The position numbers were made by a program, and so were the translations under genes. The notes under the pieces were generated by a model. It worked only from the letters and a program-made list of their open reading frames with translations, had not been told where the DNA came from and did no database searches. From an uncultured delta proteobacterium (GTDB taxonomy: Bacteria; Myxococcota_A; Polyangia; Polyangiales; JAFGIB01), in the NCBI GenBank assembly GCA_963778655.1, contig CAVZVA010000002.1:160001-224000 (forward strand): a stretch of DNA of 64,000 nt, read 5' to 3'. Shown here piece by piece: positions 18,601 to 28,873 of the stretch (position 1 is the first letter of the stretch; the number at the start of each line of letters is the position of its first letter).

Positions 18601-20327
18601 ACAGCAACCCCAGCGCGGCGATCTCGCTGGGAATCGCGGTGGATCCCAGCACGGCGCACGGCCGCGGCCTGTTCGCCTCCAACAGCGGCACACTCACCAT
18701 CACCAGCGTGCCGAGCTCGATCAGCGCCGTGGGCGGCGCGGCGATCGACCTGCGGGACACTGCCGGCAAGTTCAACGCCAGCTCGAAGTGGCATTTCGTC
18801 GGGCTGCTCTCCACCGGCAGCAGCGGATCGGGCGTGAACCTGGAGAACCTCCCCGACCCGGTGGAGATCGTCGGCACCACGGGCGTGATCAACGCCGCCG
18901 CCGAGGCAATTCGCATCCAGGGCGTCAGCGGAGACCTGTTCTTGGGCAACACCCAGATCGACAGCCGGCAGCAGGGCGGCGTCGCGATCGACGGCGTCAC
19001 CAGCAGCAGCGTGATCTTCGCCACGGTGTCGATCGACAACATCAACGGCGCGACCGAGAACGCGTTCGAAGTAGGCAACTCGTCGGCCGCGGTTCGGGTC
19101 GCCGCGCTGAACGTGCAAGACGCCGTCACCGCGCTCTCGCTGCACGACAACACCGGCAGCTTCACCCTTCACAGCCAGGGCGGAGCTCCGGGCAACGGCG
19201 GCACGATCAGCGGAAGCGGAGGCGACGCGGTCGTGCTCGCGAACGTGCAGAACGTGACGTTCGACGATCTGATCGTCACCGACAGCGCCGGCCACGGGAT
19301 CCAGGCCAGCGCGGCCGACGGGTTGGTGTTCCGCAACGGCGAGATCGACAAGGCAGGCGATGCGGCCGGCGAGAACGCGCTCAATCTCGCCGATGTGAGC
19401 GGCAGCGTGCTGATCAAGGACAGCGTGCTCAGCGAGATGTCCGGCACCGGCATCGATCTGGTCAACACCGCCAGCAGCGCCACGCTCGAGCTCGACAACG
19501 TCGAGCTCTCGAACAACGACGCGGGCACCTCCTGCGCGGGCGGACCCTGCGGCGGCTCCGGCCTGCGCGTGCGCAGCGCCGGCTCGCTCGGCGTCACCGT
19601 GCACAATGGCTGCCTGTTCGATCATCTGGACGCGGACGGCATCGACTTCGCCACCACCGCCCAGGACGCGGACATGCAGGTCACGGTGAAGGACAGCAGC
19701 TTCACCCACGGCTCGCTCGGGCAGAGCGCGATCTACAGCGATCCGCAAGGCGGAACCCTGGTCTACCTGATCGACGGCAATACCATGAGCGATTGGGGCG
19801 GCGACGTGATCTCGAGCGCGATCGCGGCCGACGGGTTGAGCGTGACCGGCACCATTTCGAACAACAGCATCAGCGCCAACAACGGCGGCGGCGCACAGGG
19901 CATCCGCATCTTCGGCAACGCCAATCCCGCGACCAACACCTACAGCGGAATCGTGTTGGTCGACGCCAACGTGATCGGGCAGACCAACGGCCAGGGCATC
20001 TGGGTCGAAAACGGCAACGCGAGCAGCACCGACGGCCGGCTCGACGTCACCGTGACCGGCAACCAGATCGACACCACCGGCTCGAACGCGCTCCTGTTGC
20101 ACTCGCGCGATGGCACGCTGCTGTGCGCGCACGTGCAGGACAACGTCGCCAGCAACACCGCGGCGGACCCCTACGCGCTGACGCAGTCCGACAGCTCGAG
20201 CTTCGAACTCGAGGGCACGCAGGCGACCGCGCAAGCCGAGATCGAGATGACGAACACCGGCACGCCGGTGACGGTCACCCGCATGCCGGCCATCGTCACC
20301 CCGGGCACCTGCCTCTTGCCGCCTTGA
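15699..20327 (+). CDS. Large surface lipoprotein/adhesin: six Ig-like (cadherin/Big-type) repeats plus beta-helix domain
   Basis: AGGAG RBS, GQGC lipobox, DGG/DAG linker, repeats starting NHAP/NDAP/NDAP/NAAP/NHAP/NDPP with LLANDSD..HGTLTLNADGTFSYTHDG, then WYVDN and Gly/Asn-rich beta-helix-like region. Confidence 0.88.
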   Translation: MPLDRVSFRAPLAAAWLLSAIAVAAAGQGCGGGSHGSAASGPEAGTHDDGGKSDAGGDAGKPDGGADAGQNDAGKSDGGSPHDGGGSDSGPAVDGGHDGGTNHAPVAADQRLDTGEDVSVDITLGASDEDGDALTFTVVDQPAHGSLSGSAPDLSYTPNADFNGEDSFTFKASDGQLDSAPATVTISIAAVNDAPNAQDDALTVAEGGSATVLDGGETSLLANDSDVEGDSLTLSTTPVAAPSHGTLTLNADGTFSYTHDGSEGGSDSFSYSVCDDGSPSQCATATVAITVTPVNDAPMAVADSAVVEVGATVTTLEGGATSVLANDSDPEQGTLTATTTPVTAPSHGTLMLNADGSFSYTHDGGSDTEDSFVYQVCDDDASPLCAMATVSLSIVPVNAAPVLGDDNLSVTQGGTATLLAGGVASLLANDSPGDSGQSLQVSTTPAGAPAHGTLTLNADGTFSYTHDGSSGGSDSFMYEACDDGIPAKCATATVAVAVAASNHAPTPMADSLTVLEGGTATMLDGGATSLLANDTDPDGNNLSAALGPLVAPSHGTLAILSDGSFSYIHDGSETTSDSFSYVVCDDGTPSLCASASVTIAVTPVNDPPSAGTDSFSTVGNTLLVAPNTAPSILANDSDVEGNGFAITSYDATSAEGGSVVLDMADGSFNYLPPAGFKGTDSFTYTVTDDGSPAASGVGTVQIEVVDMVWYVDNTGSGGSGRSTEPFADLASAQAASSAGDVIFVHTGSGPYAGGIALKDGQQLLGEGAGLAVMPNAMIAAGSAPEITNAGGDAVTLAAGNLIRGLSVNGPSGAAFAGSGIGGATVISDVAIGAAGGAAVAITGTGSLELANAGAISAQSGLLLDGLNAVTVADSGISISASGGPALEISSVGSLELTFDALDSSNSARSGVKLDGVGGSLVVKNGTTVSSPQADGIAVHGATGSASFDFGSCHVQDAGKNAGDGYAFDSNPSAAISLGIAVDPSTAHGRGLFASNSGTLTITSVPSSISAVGGAAIDLRDTAGKFNASSKWHFVGLLSTGSSGSGVNLENLPDPVEIVGTTGVINAAAEAIRIQGVSGDLFLGNTQIDSRQQGGVAIDGVTSSSVIFATVSIDNINGATENAFEVGNSSAAVRVAALNVQDAVTALSLHDNTGSFTLHSQGGAPGNGGTISGSGGDAVVLANVQNVTFDDLIVTDSAGHGIQASAADGLVFRNGEIDKAGDAAGENALNLADVSGSVLIKDSVLSEMSGTGIDLVNTASSATLELDNVELSNNDAGTSCAGGPCGGSGLRVRSAGSLGVTVHNGCLFDHLDADGIDFATTAQDADMQVTVKDSSFTHGSLGQSAIYSDPQGGTLVYLIDGNTMSDWGGDVISSAIAADGLSVTGTISNNSISANNGGGAQGIRIFGNANPATNTYSGIVLVDANVIGQTNGQGIWVENGNASSTDGRLDVTVTGNQIDTTGSNALLLHSRDGTLLCAHVQDNVASNTAADPYALTQSDSSSFELEGTQATAQAEIEMTNTGTPVTVTRMPAIVTPGTCLLPP

Positions 20328-20348
20328 GGCGGTCGCGGCCCGGGTTGC

Positions 20349-21350
20349 TCAGCCCGCGCCCTTGAGCGCGGCGTCGATCTGCTTGGATAGCGCGTCGAAG
20401 TTGGTGGGGTCGGCGACACGCTTGCCGTTCAGGAACATGGTCGGGGTGCCGTCCACCGCGACCTCCTCGCCGAGCTTCTGGTCAGCAGCGACCTCGGAGG
20501 CGTAGGTATTGGCATCCAGCGCCTTCTTGAACGCGTTCACGTCCAGCCCCACCTCCTTGGCGGTCTGCTCCAGCCCCGGACGCTCCAGCTTGGTCTGGTC
20601 GGCGAACAGCTTGTCGTGGAACTCCCAGAACTTGCCCTGGGCATGGGCCGCGAGCGCCGCCTCGGCCGCCAGGTGCGCCTGGCGGTGGAAGCTGAGCGGG
20701 AACTGGCGGAACACGAAGTGGATCTGGGTGCCGTACTTCTGCTTGACCTGCTCGACCACCTTGGCCGCGCGCGAGCAGAACGGGCACTGGAAGTCGGAGA
20801 ACTCGACGATCGTGACCTTGGAGTTGTCCGGCCCAAATGTTGGGGCGCCCGGCTTGGTGATATCCGCCATCTTCTCCGGGGTGAGGGGCTTGTTGCGCTC
20901 CTCGCGCCGCTTCAGGTCCGCGACCACCTCCTTGTAATGCTGCATCATCATGCTGCAGCGCTCGGGGGGGAAGGTCTTGGTCTGGGTCTTGACCATTTCG
21001 CAGGTGTCGGTCTTCGGGCCGATCTCCGCGCAAAGCTTGGTCGACAGCTCGTCGCAGGTCTTGCGCGCCTCGCCGAGCTTCTGCTTGGTGACGGCGAAGT
21101 CGGCCGAGGCGGCGGCGCACGCGGCCGGGGGCATCAGCTTGGTGGCCTCGGTCATCGTGGTGCACGTGCCCGACTTCTCCCCGGCCTCGCCGCACACCTT
21201 TTTGGCGTAGTCGGCGCACGCGGTGGGGCTGGCGGGCGGCTGCTTCTTGCCCCCGAGGTTGTTGCAAGCGGCGACACACAGCAGCGCCGGCAGCAGCCAG
21301 CGGCGAGCGCGCGAGACGGTGAGCAGCGTTACGCTTTGCCTGAGTTGCAC
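20349..21350 (-). CDS. DsbA-family thioredoxin-domain lipoprotein
   Basis: VEFSDFQCPFC active site, FRQFPLSFH, GKFWEFHDKLF, GTPT cis-Pro motif; VAAC lipobox and Cys-rich N-terminal domain. Confidence 0.9.
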   Translation of the reverse strand: MQLRQSVTLLTVSRARRWLLPALLCVAACNNLGGKKQPPASPTACADYAKKVCGEAGEKSGTCTTMTEATKLMPPAACAAASADFAVTKQKLGEARKTCDELSTKLCAEIGPKTDTCEMVKTQTKTFPPERCSMMMQHYKEVVADLKRREERNKPLTPEKMADITKPGAPTFGPDNSKVTIVEFSDFQCPFCSRAAKVVEQVKQKYGTQIHFVFRQFPLSFHRQAHLAAEAALAAHAQGKFWEFHDKLFADQTKLERPGLEQTAKEVGLDVNAFKKALDANTYASEVAADQKLGEEVAVDGTPTMFLNGKRVADPTNFDALSKQIDAALKGAG

Positions 21351-21738
21351 GGTTCGTTCCCTTTCGATGCCGGTGGCCCGAGGCTTCCGGCTGCGCCTTC
21401 ATAGCAGGGAGCAGGGCCCCTGGAAAGACGGCCGGCCGGAGTCGCCGGTGACGCCCAACCGCAGCCCGAACATCCCGGAATTTCAACTCTAACGAGCAGC
21501 CGCGCGAGCGGTGGCGCCGAACCCTCGAGCCCGCCCGGCAAGCGCGCGCAGCCCTGCGCCGGCTGAAAGTTAACTCCCACGACACGGCTCGGAAATGTGC
21601 GCCGATTAGCCCTGTTCCAGCTTGCGACGCGACCGGCTGCGCCCGGCCGCAACGCCGCGGATGGACGACGGCCTGGCCCCTCAACCAGGCCAAAGTCGGC
21701 GCTTGAACTGGATCGAGACCTCGAGAGATTGGAGCAAG

Positions 21739-23121
21739 ATGATGCGCACGCACATAGCCACGACGTTGAGTCTCATGCTGGGGCTTCTGGCCGGGTGTCA
21801 GAAACCAGCCGAGCAGGCGCCGGCGGAGCAGCCCAAGGCGGAAGCGCCGGCGGCCGCACCTGCCGCCGCGGGCCCCAAGGCCGACGACACCGGACCGGTC
21901 AAGATCGGCATCCTCCACTCGCTGTCGGGCACGATGGCGATCAGCGAGACCTCGCTCAAGGACGTCGCCCTGATGACGATCGAGGAGATCAACGCGCAGG
22001 GCGGGCTGCTCGGCAGGAAGCTGCAGCCGGTGGTGGTCGACCCGGCGTCCAACTGGCCGCTGTTTGCAGAAAAGGCGCGCGAGCTGATCGAGAAAGAAAA
22101 GGTCGCGGTAACTTTCGGCTGCTGGACCTCGGTCTCGCGCAAGTCGGTGCTGCCCGTGTTCGAGGAGCTCAACGGCCTGTTGTTCTACCCGGTGCAGTAC
22201 GAGGGTGAAGAGTCCTCCTACAACGTCTTTTACACCGGCGCCGCGCCCAACCAGCAGGCGATCCCCGCGGTCGAGTACCTGATGAGCGAGGCCGGCGGCG
22301 GCGCCAAGCGCTTCGTGCTGCTCGGCACCGACTACGTCTACCCGCGCACGACCAACAAGATCCTGCGCTACTTCCTCCACAGCAAGGGCGTCAAGGACGA
22401 CGACATCATGGAGGAGTACACCCCGTTCGGCCACACCGACTACCAGACCATCATCGCCAAGATCAAGAAGTTCGCCGAGGGCAAGCGCACCGCGGTGGTC
22501 TCGACCATCAACGGCGACTCCAACGTGCCCTTCTACAAGGAGCTCGGAAACCAGGGCCTGAAGGCCGAGAACATCCCGGTGGTCGCGTTCTCCGTGGGTG
22601 AGGAAGAGCTGCGCGGCATCGACACCAAGCCGCTGGTCGGACACCTGGCGGCCTGGAACTACTTCATGTCGATCGACAACCCGCTCAACAAGAACTTCAT
22701 CGAGAAGTGGAAGGCGTACGTCAAGAAAGACAACCTGCCGGACGGCGACAAGCGCGTGACCAACGATCCGATGGAAGCGACCTACATCGGGATTCACATG
22801 TGGGCGCAGGCGGTGCTGCAGGCTGGCACCTTCAACGTCGACGCGGTGCGCCAGGCCGTCGCCGGTCAGCTGTTCAAGGCACCCTCCGGCTTCGAGATCA
22901 AGATGGACGAGCGCAACCACCACCTGCACAAGCCGGTGTTCATCGGCGAGATCCAGCCCGACGGGCAGTTCAAGGTGGTATGGAAGACCGACGGACCGAT
23001 CCGCGCCATGCCCTGGAGCCCGTACGTCCCGGACAGCGCGAAGAAGGTCGCCGACTGGACCTACCCGTGGGTCTGCGGCAACTGCACCGAAGCGAAGTAC
23101 GGTGCGATGGCGATGAAGTGA
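21739..23121 (+). CDS. urtA: Urea ABC transporter substrate-binding protein
   Basis: KIGILHSLSGTMAISE, FGCWTSVSRK, YPVQYEGEE, GTDYVYPRTTN; LAGC lipobox. Confidence 0.96.
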   Translation: MMRTHIATTLSLMLGLLAGCQKPAEQAPAEQPKAEAPAAAPAAAGPKADDTGPVKIGILHSLSGTMAISETSLKDVALMTIEEINAQGGLLGRKLQPVVVDPASNWPLFAEKARELIEKEKVAVTFGCWTSVSRKSVLPVFEELNGLLFYPVQYEGEESSYNVFYTGAAPNQQAIPAVEYLMSEAGGGAKRFVLLGTDYVYPRTTNKILRYFLHSKGVKDDDIMEEYTPFGHTDYQTIIAKIKKFAEGKRTAVVSTINGDSNVPFYKELGNQGLKAENIPVVAFSVGEEELRGIDTKPLVGHLAAWNYFMSIDNPLNKNFIEKWKAYVKKDNLPDGDKRVTNDPMEATYIGIHMWAQAVLQAGTFNVDAVRQAVAGQLFKAPSGFEIKMDERNHHLHKPVFIGEIQPDGQFKVVWKTDGPIRAMPWSPYVPDSAKKVADWTYPWVCGNCTEAKYGAMAMK

Positions 23122-23271
23122 GCAGTCGATCGTAGTCTCGGTACACGCTACATGAACGCGCGGCCGGCACTCGCAGGCGATGCCGGCCGCGCGACCACCA
23201 ACCCACCGCCAAGCGCTCCCCCGGTCTCACCGCGTGGAGCGGGCGCAAACCCTGAGGTGAGGAGACAGGCC

Positions 23272-24912
23272 ATGCGGGTTGCAACGGGCACGGCGCGTCA
23301 CTGGCTGGTAGCATTCGTGCTCGGGGGGTTATTGGCGATCGCGGCCGCGAGCCGCGTGCGGGCGCAGAGCCTGCCGGCGCTGGCGGTACAGCTCGGCTCC
23401 GACGATCGCAAGGCGGTGCAGGCCGCGATCGTGGCGATCGGCGCGAGCGAGGAGCCCGCCGCGCTGAAGCTGCTGCAGGCGCTCGACCAGGAGAAGTTGC
23501 GCATCTCCGCCAGCGGGCAGGCGTTGATCCTGGACAAGAAGTCCCACAGCCTGACCGATCCCTTCAGCGGGCAAACCGTGGCGGCCGGCCAGGGGCTCAA
23601 GGAGCCCCTGGTCACCAACACCGTGCGGCGCGCGCTCAGCACCGCCATCGCGGGCCTACAGCTGCGCTCCAAGGACGCGGACGTGCGCGAGCAGGCCGCG
23701 GAGGTGCTGGCCGACGATCCGGCGCCCGAGCTGACCGAGACGATGCGGCGGGTGCTGAAAGCGGAGCACGACTCCGCGGTGCGCAAGCACCTTTCGCTGG
23801 CGCTGGCTCGCATCGACCTCGGCAGCGCCAACCCGGCTGCACGGCTGGCCGCGGTGCGGACCATCGGCGAGATGGCTGACCCCACGCTCAAGCCCGAGCT
23901 AAAGCGCATCCTCGAGCGCAAGAGCGACGGCAGCTTCCGCGAGCCGGACGCCGAGCTCCGGCGCGAGGCGAAGATCGCGCTCAGCGCGGTCGAGCGCAAG
24001 GAGCTGATGGTCCGGATCGCCCGCGACCTGTTCTACGGCTTGAGCCTGGGCAGCGTGCTGTTGCTGGCAGCGCTCGGGCTCGCGATCACCTTCGGCCTGA
24101 TGGGGGTGATCAACATGGCGCACGGCGAGATGCTGATGCTGGGCGCGTACAGCACGTACACCGTGCAGCGCGTGTTCGAAGAGCACATGCCGGGCTCGCT
24201 CGACTATTACCTTGTCGCTGCGGTGCCGGTGGCCTTCCTGGTCTGCCTGCTGGTGGGAATGCTGCTCGAGCGCACGGTCATCCGCTTCCTGTACGGCCGG
24301 CCGCTGGAGACGCTGCTGGCGACCTGGGGCATCAGCCTGACCCTGATCCAGACGGTGCGCGTGGTCTTCGGCGCCGCGAACGTCACGGTGGCCAATCCCT
24401 CGTGGCTTTCCGGGGGCCTCGAGCTGATGCCCGACGTGGTGCTGCCCTACACGCGGCTGGCCACCATCGTGTTCGTCGCGGTGGTGGTCGCGTTCGTGTG
24501 GTACCTGCTCAACCGCACCACGCTCGGCCTGCAGGTCCGCGCGATCACCCAGAACCGGCGCATGGCGCGCTGCGTGGGCATCCGCACCGCGCGCGTCGAC
24601 ATGCTCACCTTCGGCCTGGGCTCGGCCGTCGCCGGGCTGGGCGGCGTCGCGCTCTCGCAGATCGGCAACGTGGGCCCCGAGCTCGGCCAGAGCTACATCG
24701 TGGACAGCTTCATGGTGGTGGTGGTCGGCGGCGTCGGCAGCCTGTTCGGCACGCTGTTCGCCGCGCTCGGGCTGGGCGCGGTCAACAAGCTGCTCGAGCC
24801 CGTCACCGGCGCGGTGCTGGGCAAGATCCTGGTGCTGGGCTTCATCATCCTGTTCATCCAACGGCGACCGCAGGGCCTGTTCGCGCTCAAGGGTCGCGCC
24901 GCGGAGAGTTGA
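23272..24912 (+). CDS. urtB: Urea ABC transporter permease
   Basis: GLAITFGLMGVINMAHGE, RPLETLLATWG, YIVDSFMVVV, RPQGLF; GAGGAG RBS before ATG 23272. Confidence 0.95.
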   Translation: MRVATGTARHWLVAFVLGGLLAIAAASRVRAQSLPALAVQLGSDDRKAVQAAIVAIGASEEPAALKLLQALDQEKLRISASGQALILDKKSHSLTDPFSGQTVAAGQGLKEPLVTNTVRRALSTAIAGLQLRSKDADVREQAAEVLADDPAPELTETMRRVLKAEHDSAVRKHLSLALARIDLGSANPAARLAAVRTIGEMADPTLKPELKRILERKSDGSFREPDAELRREAKIALSAVERKELMVRIARDLFYGLSLGSVLLLAALGLAITFGLMGVINMAHGEMLMLGAYSTYTVQRVFEEHMPGSLDYYLVAAVPVAFLVCLLVGMLLERTVIRFLYGRPLETLLATWGISLTLIQTVRVVFGAANVTVANPSWLSGGLELMPDVVLPYTRLATIVFVAVVVAFVWYLLNRTTLGLQVRAITQNRRMARCVGIRTARVDMLTFGLGSAVAGLGGVALSQIGNVGPELGQSYIVDSFMVVVVGGVGSLFGTLFAALGLGAVNKLLEPVTGAVLGKILVLGFIILFIQRRPQGLFALKGRAAES

Positions 24913-24913
24913 C

Positions 24914-26146
24914 ATGGCCAAATCCTTGCGCGCGCGCCTGACGGAGCTGCACACCCCCCTGCAATGGGCGGCGCTCGGCGGGCTTTGCGTGCTGCTGCTG
25001 GGCGCAGTGCCGCTGCTCAACCTGGCCGTGCCTGAAGGCTCGGCCTTGCACGTGCCGAACTACCTGATCCCACTGTTCGGCAAGTTCGAGTGCTACGCGC
25101 TGGTGGCGATCGCGATGGACCTATTGTGGGGCTACGCGGGCATCCTCAGCCTGGGGCAGGCGGTGTTCTTCGCCGCCGGCGGCTACGCGATGGGCATGTA
25201 CCTGATGCGCTCGATCGGTACGCAGGGCGTGTACCGCAGCGAGCTGCCCGATTTCATGGTGTTCCTCGACTGGAAGGAGCTGCCGTGGTTCTGGAAGCCG
25301 TTCGACAGCTTCGCGGTCGCCTGCACCGCGGCGCTGCTGGTGCCCGCCGTGTTCGCGCTCATCTTCGGCTTCCTGGCGTTTCGCTCGCGGATCCGCGGCG
25401 TGTACTTCTCGATCATCACCCAGGCGCTGACCTACGCGGCGATGCTGTTGATGTTCCGCAACGACACCGGCTTCGGCGGCAACAACGGCATGACCGACTT
25501 CAAGACCATCCAGGGCTACTCACTGGCGGAGCAGAGCACCAAGGTCACGCTGTACGTAGCCTCGGGGCTGGCGGTGCTGCTGGGCTACCTGATCTGCCGC
25601 TATGTGATCACCAGCAAGGCCGGGCGCGTGTTGATGGCGATCCGCGACCAGGAGAGCCGCGTGATGTTCGCAGGCTATGACCCGGTGCGCTACAAGCTGT
25701 TCGCCTGGACGCTCGCCGCCCTGCTCTCGGGTCTGGCCGGCGCGCTGTACGTGCCGCAGGTCGGCATCATCAACCCCAGCGAGCTCGCGCCCGCGAACTC
25801 GATCGAAATCGCGATCTGGGTCGCGGTGGGCGGCCGCGGCACGCTCGCCGGCGCGGCGCTCGGTGCGCTGCTGGTCAACGGTTTCAAGAGCTACCTGACC
25901 GCTGCCTATCCCGACTTCTGGCTGTTCTTTCTGGGCGGCTTGTTCGTGCTGTGCACGCTGTTCCTGCCCCAGGGCGCGCTCGGCTTGTTGCGCCTGCGCC
26001 GGCTCAAACGACGCCCGAGCGGCCCCGGTCCGCAGCCGCAGGCGCCGCCCTCGGTCGAGAGCGCCGGCGCGCACGAGGGCCAGCAAGCCGCCGGCCGCGA
26101 GCAGACGCAGGAGAGCGCGCGCCAGGTCGCGCCCCACGTGTCATGA
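24914..26146 (+). CDS. urtC: Urea ABC transporter permease
   Basis: DLLWGYAGILSLGQ, LPDFM, RIRGVYFSIITQA, VAVGGRGTL. Confidence 0.95.
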   Translation: MAKSLRARLTELHTPLQWAALGGLCVLLLGAVPLLNLAVPEGSALHVPNYLIPLFGKFECYALVAIAMDLLWGYAGILSLGQAVFFAAGGYAMGMYLMRSIGTQGVYRSELPDFMVFLDWKELPWFWKPFDSFAVACTAALLVPAVFALIFGFLAFRSRIRGVYFSIITQALTYAAMLLMFRNDTGFGGNNGMTDFKTIQGYSLAEQSTKVTLYVASGLAVLLGYLICRYVITSKAGRVLMAIRDQESRVMFAGYDPVRYKLFAWTLAALLSGLAGALYVPQVGIINPSELAPANSIEIAIWVAVGGRGTLAGAALGALLVNGFKSYLTAAYPDFWLFFLGGLFVLCTLFLPQGALGLLRLRRLKRRPSGPGPQPQAPPSVESAGAHEGQQAAGREQTQESARQVAPHVS

Positions 26147-26931
26147 CGGAACACTTCCAACCGCTTGCCGGCAAGCAGCCAGGCGTCATGGGCCACGCGA
26201 TGTTGTGGTTGGACGACGTCACCGTGAGCTTCGACGGGTTCAAGGCGCTCGACCAGCTCAATCTCGTGCTGGACCCCGGAGAGCTGCGCTGCATCATCGG
26301 CCCCAACGGTGCGGGCAAGACCACGATGATGGACGTGATCACGGGCAAGACCCGACCCGATAAGGGCCGCGTCTTCATGGACGGCAGCCGCGTGGAGCTG
26401 ACCCAGTTGAGCGAGCACGAGATCGCGCGCTGTGGCATCGGGCGCAAGTTCCAGCGACCGACCGTGTTCGAGCAGCTGAGCGCGTTTCAGAACCTGGAGC
26501 TCGCCTGTCGCGCGGACAAGGGCGTGTTCCGCACGCTGTTTGCCCGCCTGAGCGCCGAGCAGGAAGAGCGCATCGAGCACGCGCTGCAAACCGTGGGGCT
26601 GAGCGGCCAGCGCCACAGCCGCGCGGGGCTGCTCTCGCACGGGCAGAAGCAGTGGCTCGAGATCGGCATGCTGCTGGTCCAGGACCCCAAGGTGATGCTG
26701 GTGGACGAGCCGGTCGCGGGCATGACCCATCAGGAGATCGACCGCACCGCGGAGCTGCTGGGCGAGCTGGCCGGCGAGCGCACCGTGGTGGTGGTCGAGC
26801 ACGACATGGAGTTCGTGCGGCGGATCGCGCGCACCGTCACCGTGCTGCACGAGGGGCGCGTGCTCGCGGAGGGCAGCATGGACGAAGTGCAGGCTGATCC
26901 GAAGGTGATCGAAGTCTACCTGGGGTCGTAA
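26143..26931 (+). CDS. urtD: Urea ABC transporter ATP-binding protein
   Basis: VSFDGFKAL, GPNGAGKTT, GIGRKFQ, LSHGQKQWLEIGM. Confidence 0.95.
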   Translation: MTEHFQPLAGKQPGVMGHAMLWLDDVTVSFDGFKALDQLNLVLDPGELRCIIGPNGAGKTTMMDVITGKTRPDKGRVFMDGSRVELTQLSEHEIARCGIGRKFQRPTVFEQLSAFQNLELACRADKGVFRTLFARLSAEQEERIEHALQTVGLSGQRHSRAGLLSHGQKQWLEIGMLLVQDPKVMLVDEPVAGMTHQEIDRTAELLGELAGERTVVVVEHDMEFVRRIARTVTVLHEGRVLAEGSMDEVQADPKVIEVYLGS

Positions 26932-27629
26932 TGGCGCTGCTCGAAGTCGGCCGGCTCAACCAATTCTACGGCGAGAGCCACACGCTCTGGGACATCGATC
27001 TCCAGGTGCCGCAAGGCGAGTGCGTGGTGGTGATGGGCCGCAACGGCGTGGGCAAGACCACGTTGCTCCGCAGCATCATGGGGCTGCTGCCGGCTTCGGG
27101 CAGCATTCGTTTCCAGGACGGCGAGCTGATCGGACAGCCGGCCGAGAGCCGCGCGCGCGTCGGCATCGGCTACGTGCCGCAAGGCCGCGAGATCTTCGCC
27201 CAGCTCACGGTCGAGGAGAACCTGCGCACCGGCGTGCTAGCGCGGGCGGACGGCAAGCGCGAGATCCCGCCCTCGGTGTTCGAGCTGTTCCCGGTGCTGC
27301 GCGAGATGATGCAGCGGCGCGGGGGCGACCTCTCCGGCGGACAGCAGCAGCAGCTCGCCTTCGGGCGCGCGCTGGCTTCCGACCCCAAGCTGCTGCTGCT
27401 GGACGAGCCCACCGAGGGCATTCAGCCCAACATCGTGCAGCAGATCGGCGATGTGGTAGAGAAGCTGCGCAGCGAGCGCAACATCACCGTGCTGCTGGTC
27501 GAGCAGAAGCTTCCCTTCGCGCGGCGCGTGGCGCAGCGCTTCTGTATCCTCGAGCGCGGTCGGGTCGCGGCCAGCGGCCCCATGCCGGAGCTGGGCAGCG
27601 AGCTGGTCGACCGCTATCTCAAGGTGTGA
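26931..27629 (+). CDS. urtE: Urea ABC transporter ATP-binding protein
   Basis: GRNGVGKTT, YVPQGREIF, LSGGQQQQLA, LDEPTEGIQP. Confidence 0.95.
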   Translation: MALLEVGRLNQFYGESHTLWDIDLQVPQGECVVVMGRNGVGKTTLLRSIMGLLPASGSIRFQDGELIGQPAESRARVGIGYVPQGREIFAQLTVEENLRTGVLARADGKREIPPSVFELFPVLREMMQRRGGDLSGGQQQQLAFGRALASDPKLLLLDEPTEGIQPNIVQQIGDVVEKLRSERNITVLLVEQKLPFARRVAQRFCILERGRVAASGPMPELGSELVDRYLKV

Positions 27630-27688
27630 GCGGAATGCGCCCGGCGATAGGCTTGACGGCGCCCACCGTTCGCGGGACACGCGCGGTC

Positions 27689-28546
27689 ATGCCGCCCAAG
27701 CAGCCGTCGCCTTCGCCCGGCCCGCGCGGCTGGGAGGCTCGCCTTGAGCTCGAGCTCGAGCTGCGCGAGGGCCGCAGCGTGGTGGCGCGGCGCCGCCACC
27801 ACGGGCCGCTCGTGCTGCAGCGCCCCTTCTATCCGGAGGCCGACGGCACCTGCCACGCCTACCTACTGCACCCGCCCGGAGGCCTGGTCGGCGGCGACCA
27901 CCTCGCGCTGCAGGTGCGCGTGGGCGACGGAGCGCGCCTGCTGCTGACCACGCCCGCGGCCACCAAGCTGTACCGCAGCGCAACGCTCACCGCCCACCAG
28001 GACCATCAGCTCAGGGTCGGGCACGGGGCACGCCTGGAGTGGCTGCCGCAGGAGAGCATCGCCTACGAGGGCACGCGCGCCTCGATCACCACCCGCATCG
28101 AGCTACGAGTTGGGGCCGAGCTGATAGCCTGCGACGTGCTGTGCCTGGGGCGGCCCGCGGCGGGCGAAGGCTTCGAGCGCGGCAGCGTGGAGCAGCGCCT
28201 GCAAATCTACCGCGAAGGCGAGCCGTTGCTGCTGGAGCGAGCGTGCTACCTGGGCGGCGACCCCGGCGCGCGCTCGCCGGTCGGGCTGCGCGGCCAGCCG
28301 GTGGTGGGCACGCTGGTGTGCGTGGCCGAGCGGCGCGACGCGGCCGTGGTAGAGGCGCTGCGCGCCGTGCTCGCCGCCGAAGCGCCCGGCGAGGCGGCGT
28401 GCAGCGAGCTTCCGCACGCGCTCGTCTGCAGGTACCTTGGCCCCAGCGCCGAACGGGCCCAGCGCGCCCTGCGCGCGGCCTGGGCCGTGCTGCGCGCGCG
28501 TTGCTTCGGCACCAGCGCGATTCCCCCGCGCATCTGGGCCACCTGA
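27689..28546 (+). CDS. ureD: Urease accessory protein UreD
   Basis: GPLVLQRPFYPE, LHPPGGLVGGD, TTPAATKLYRS, LEWLPQE, PRIWAT; alternative ATG at 27635. Confidence 0.94.
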   Translation: MPPKQPSPSPGPRGWEARLELELELREGRSVVARRRHHGPLVLQRPFYPEADGTCHAYLLHPPGGLVGGDHLALQVRVGDGARLLLTTPAATKLYRSATLTAHQDHQLRVGHGARLEWLPQESIAYEGTRASITTRIELRVGAELIACDVLCLGRPAAGEGFERGSVEQRLQIYREGEPLLLERACYLGGDPGARSPVGLRGQPVVGTLVCVAERRDAAVVEALRAVLAAEAPGEAACSELPHALVCRYLGPSAERAQRALRAAWAVLRARCFGTSAIPPRIWAT

Positions 28547-28561
28547 AATCGGAGAATCGCC

Positions 28562-28864
<303 letters not shown>

Positions 28865-28873
28865 GGCACTGCG

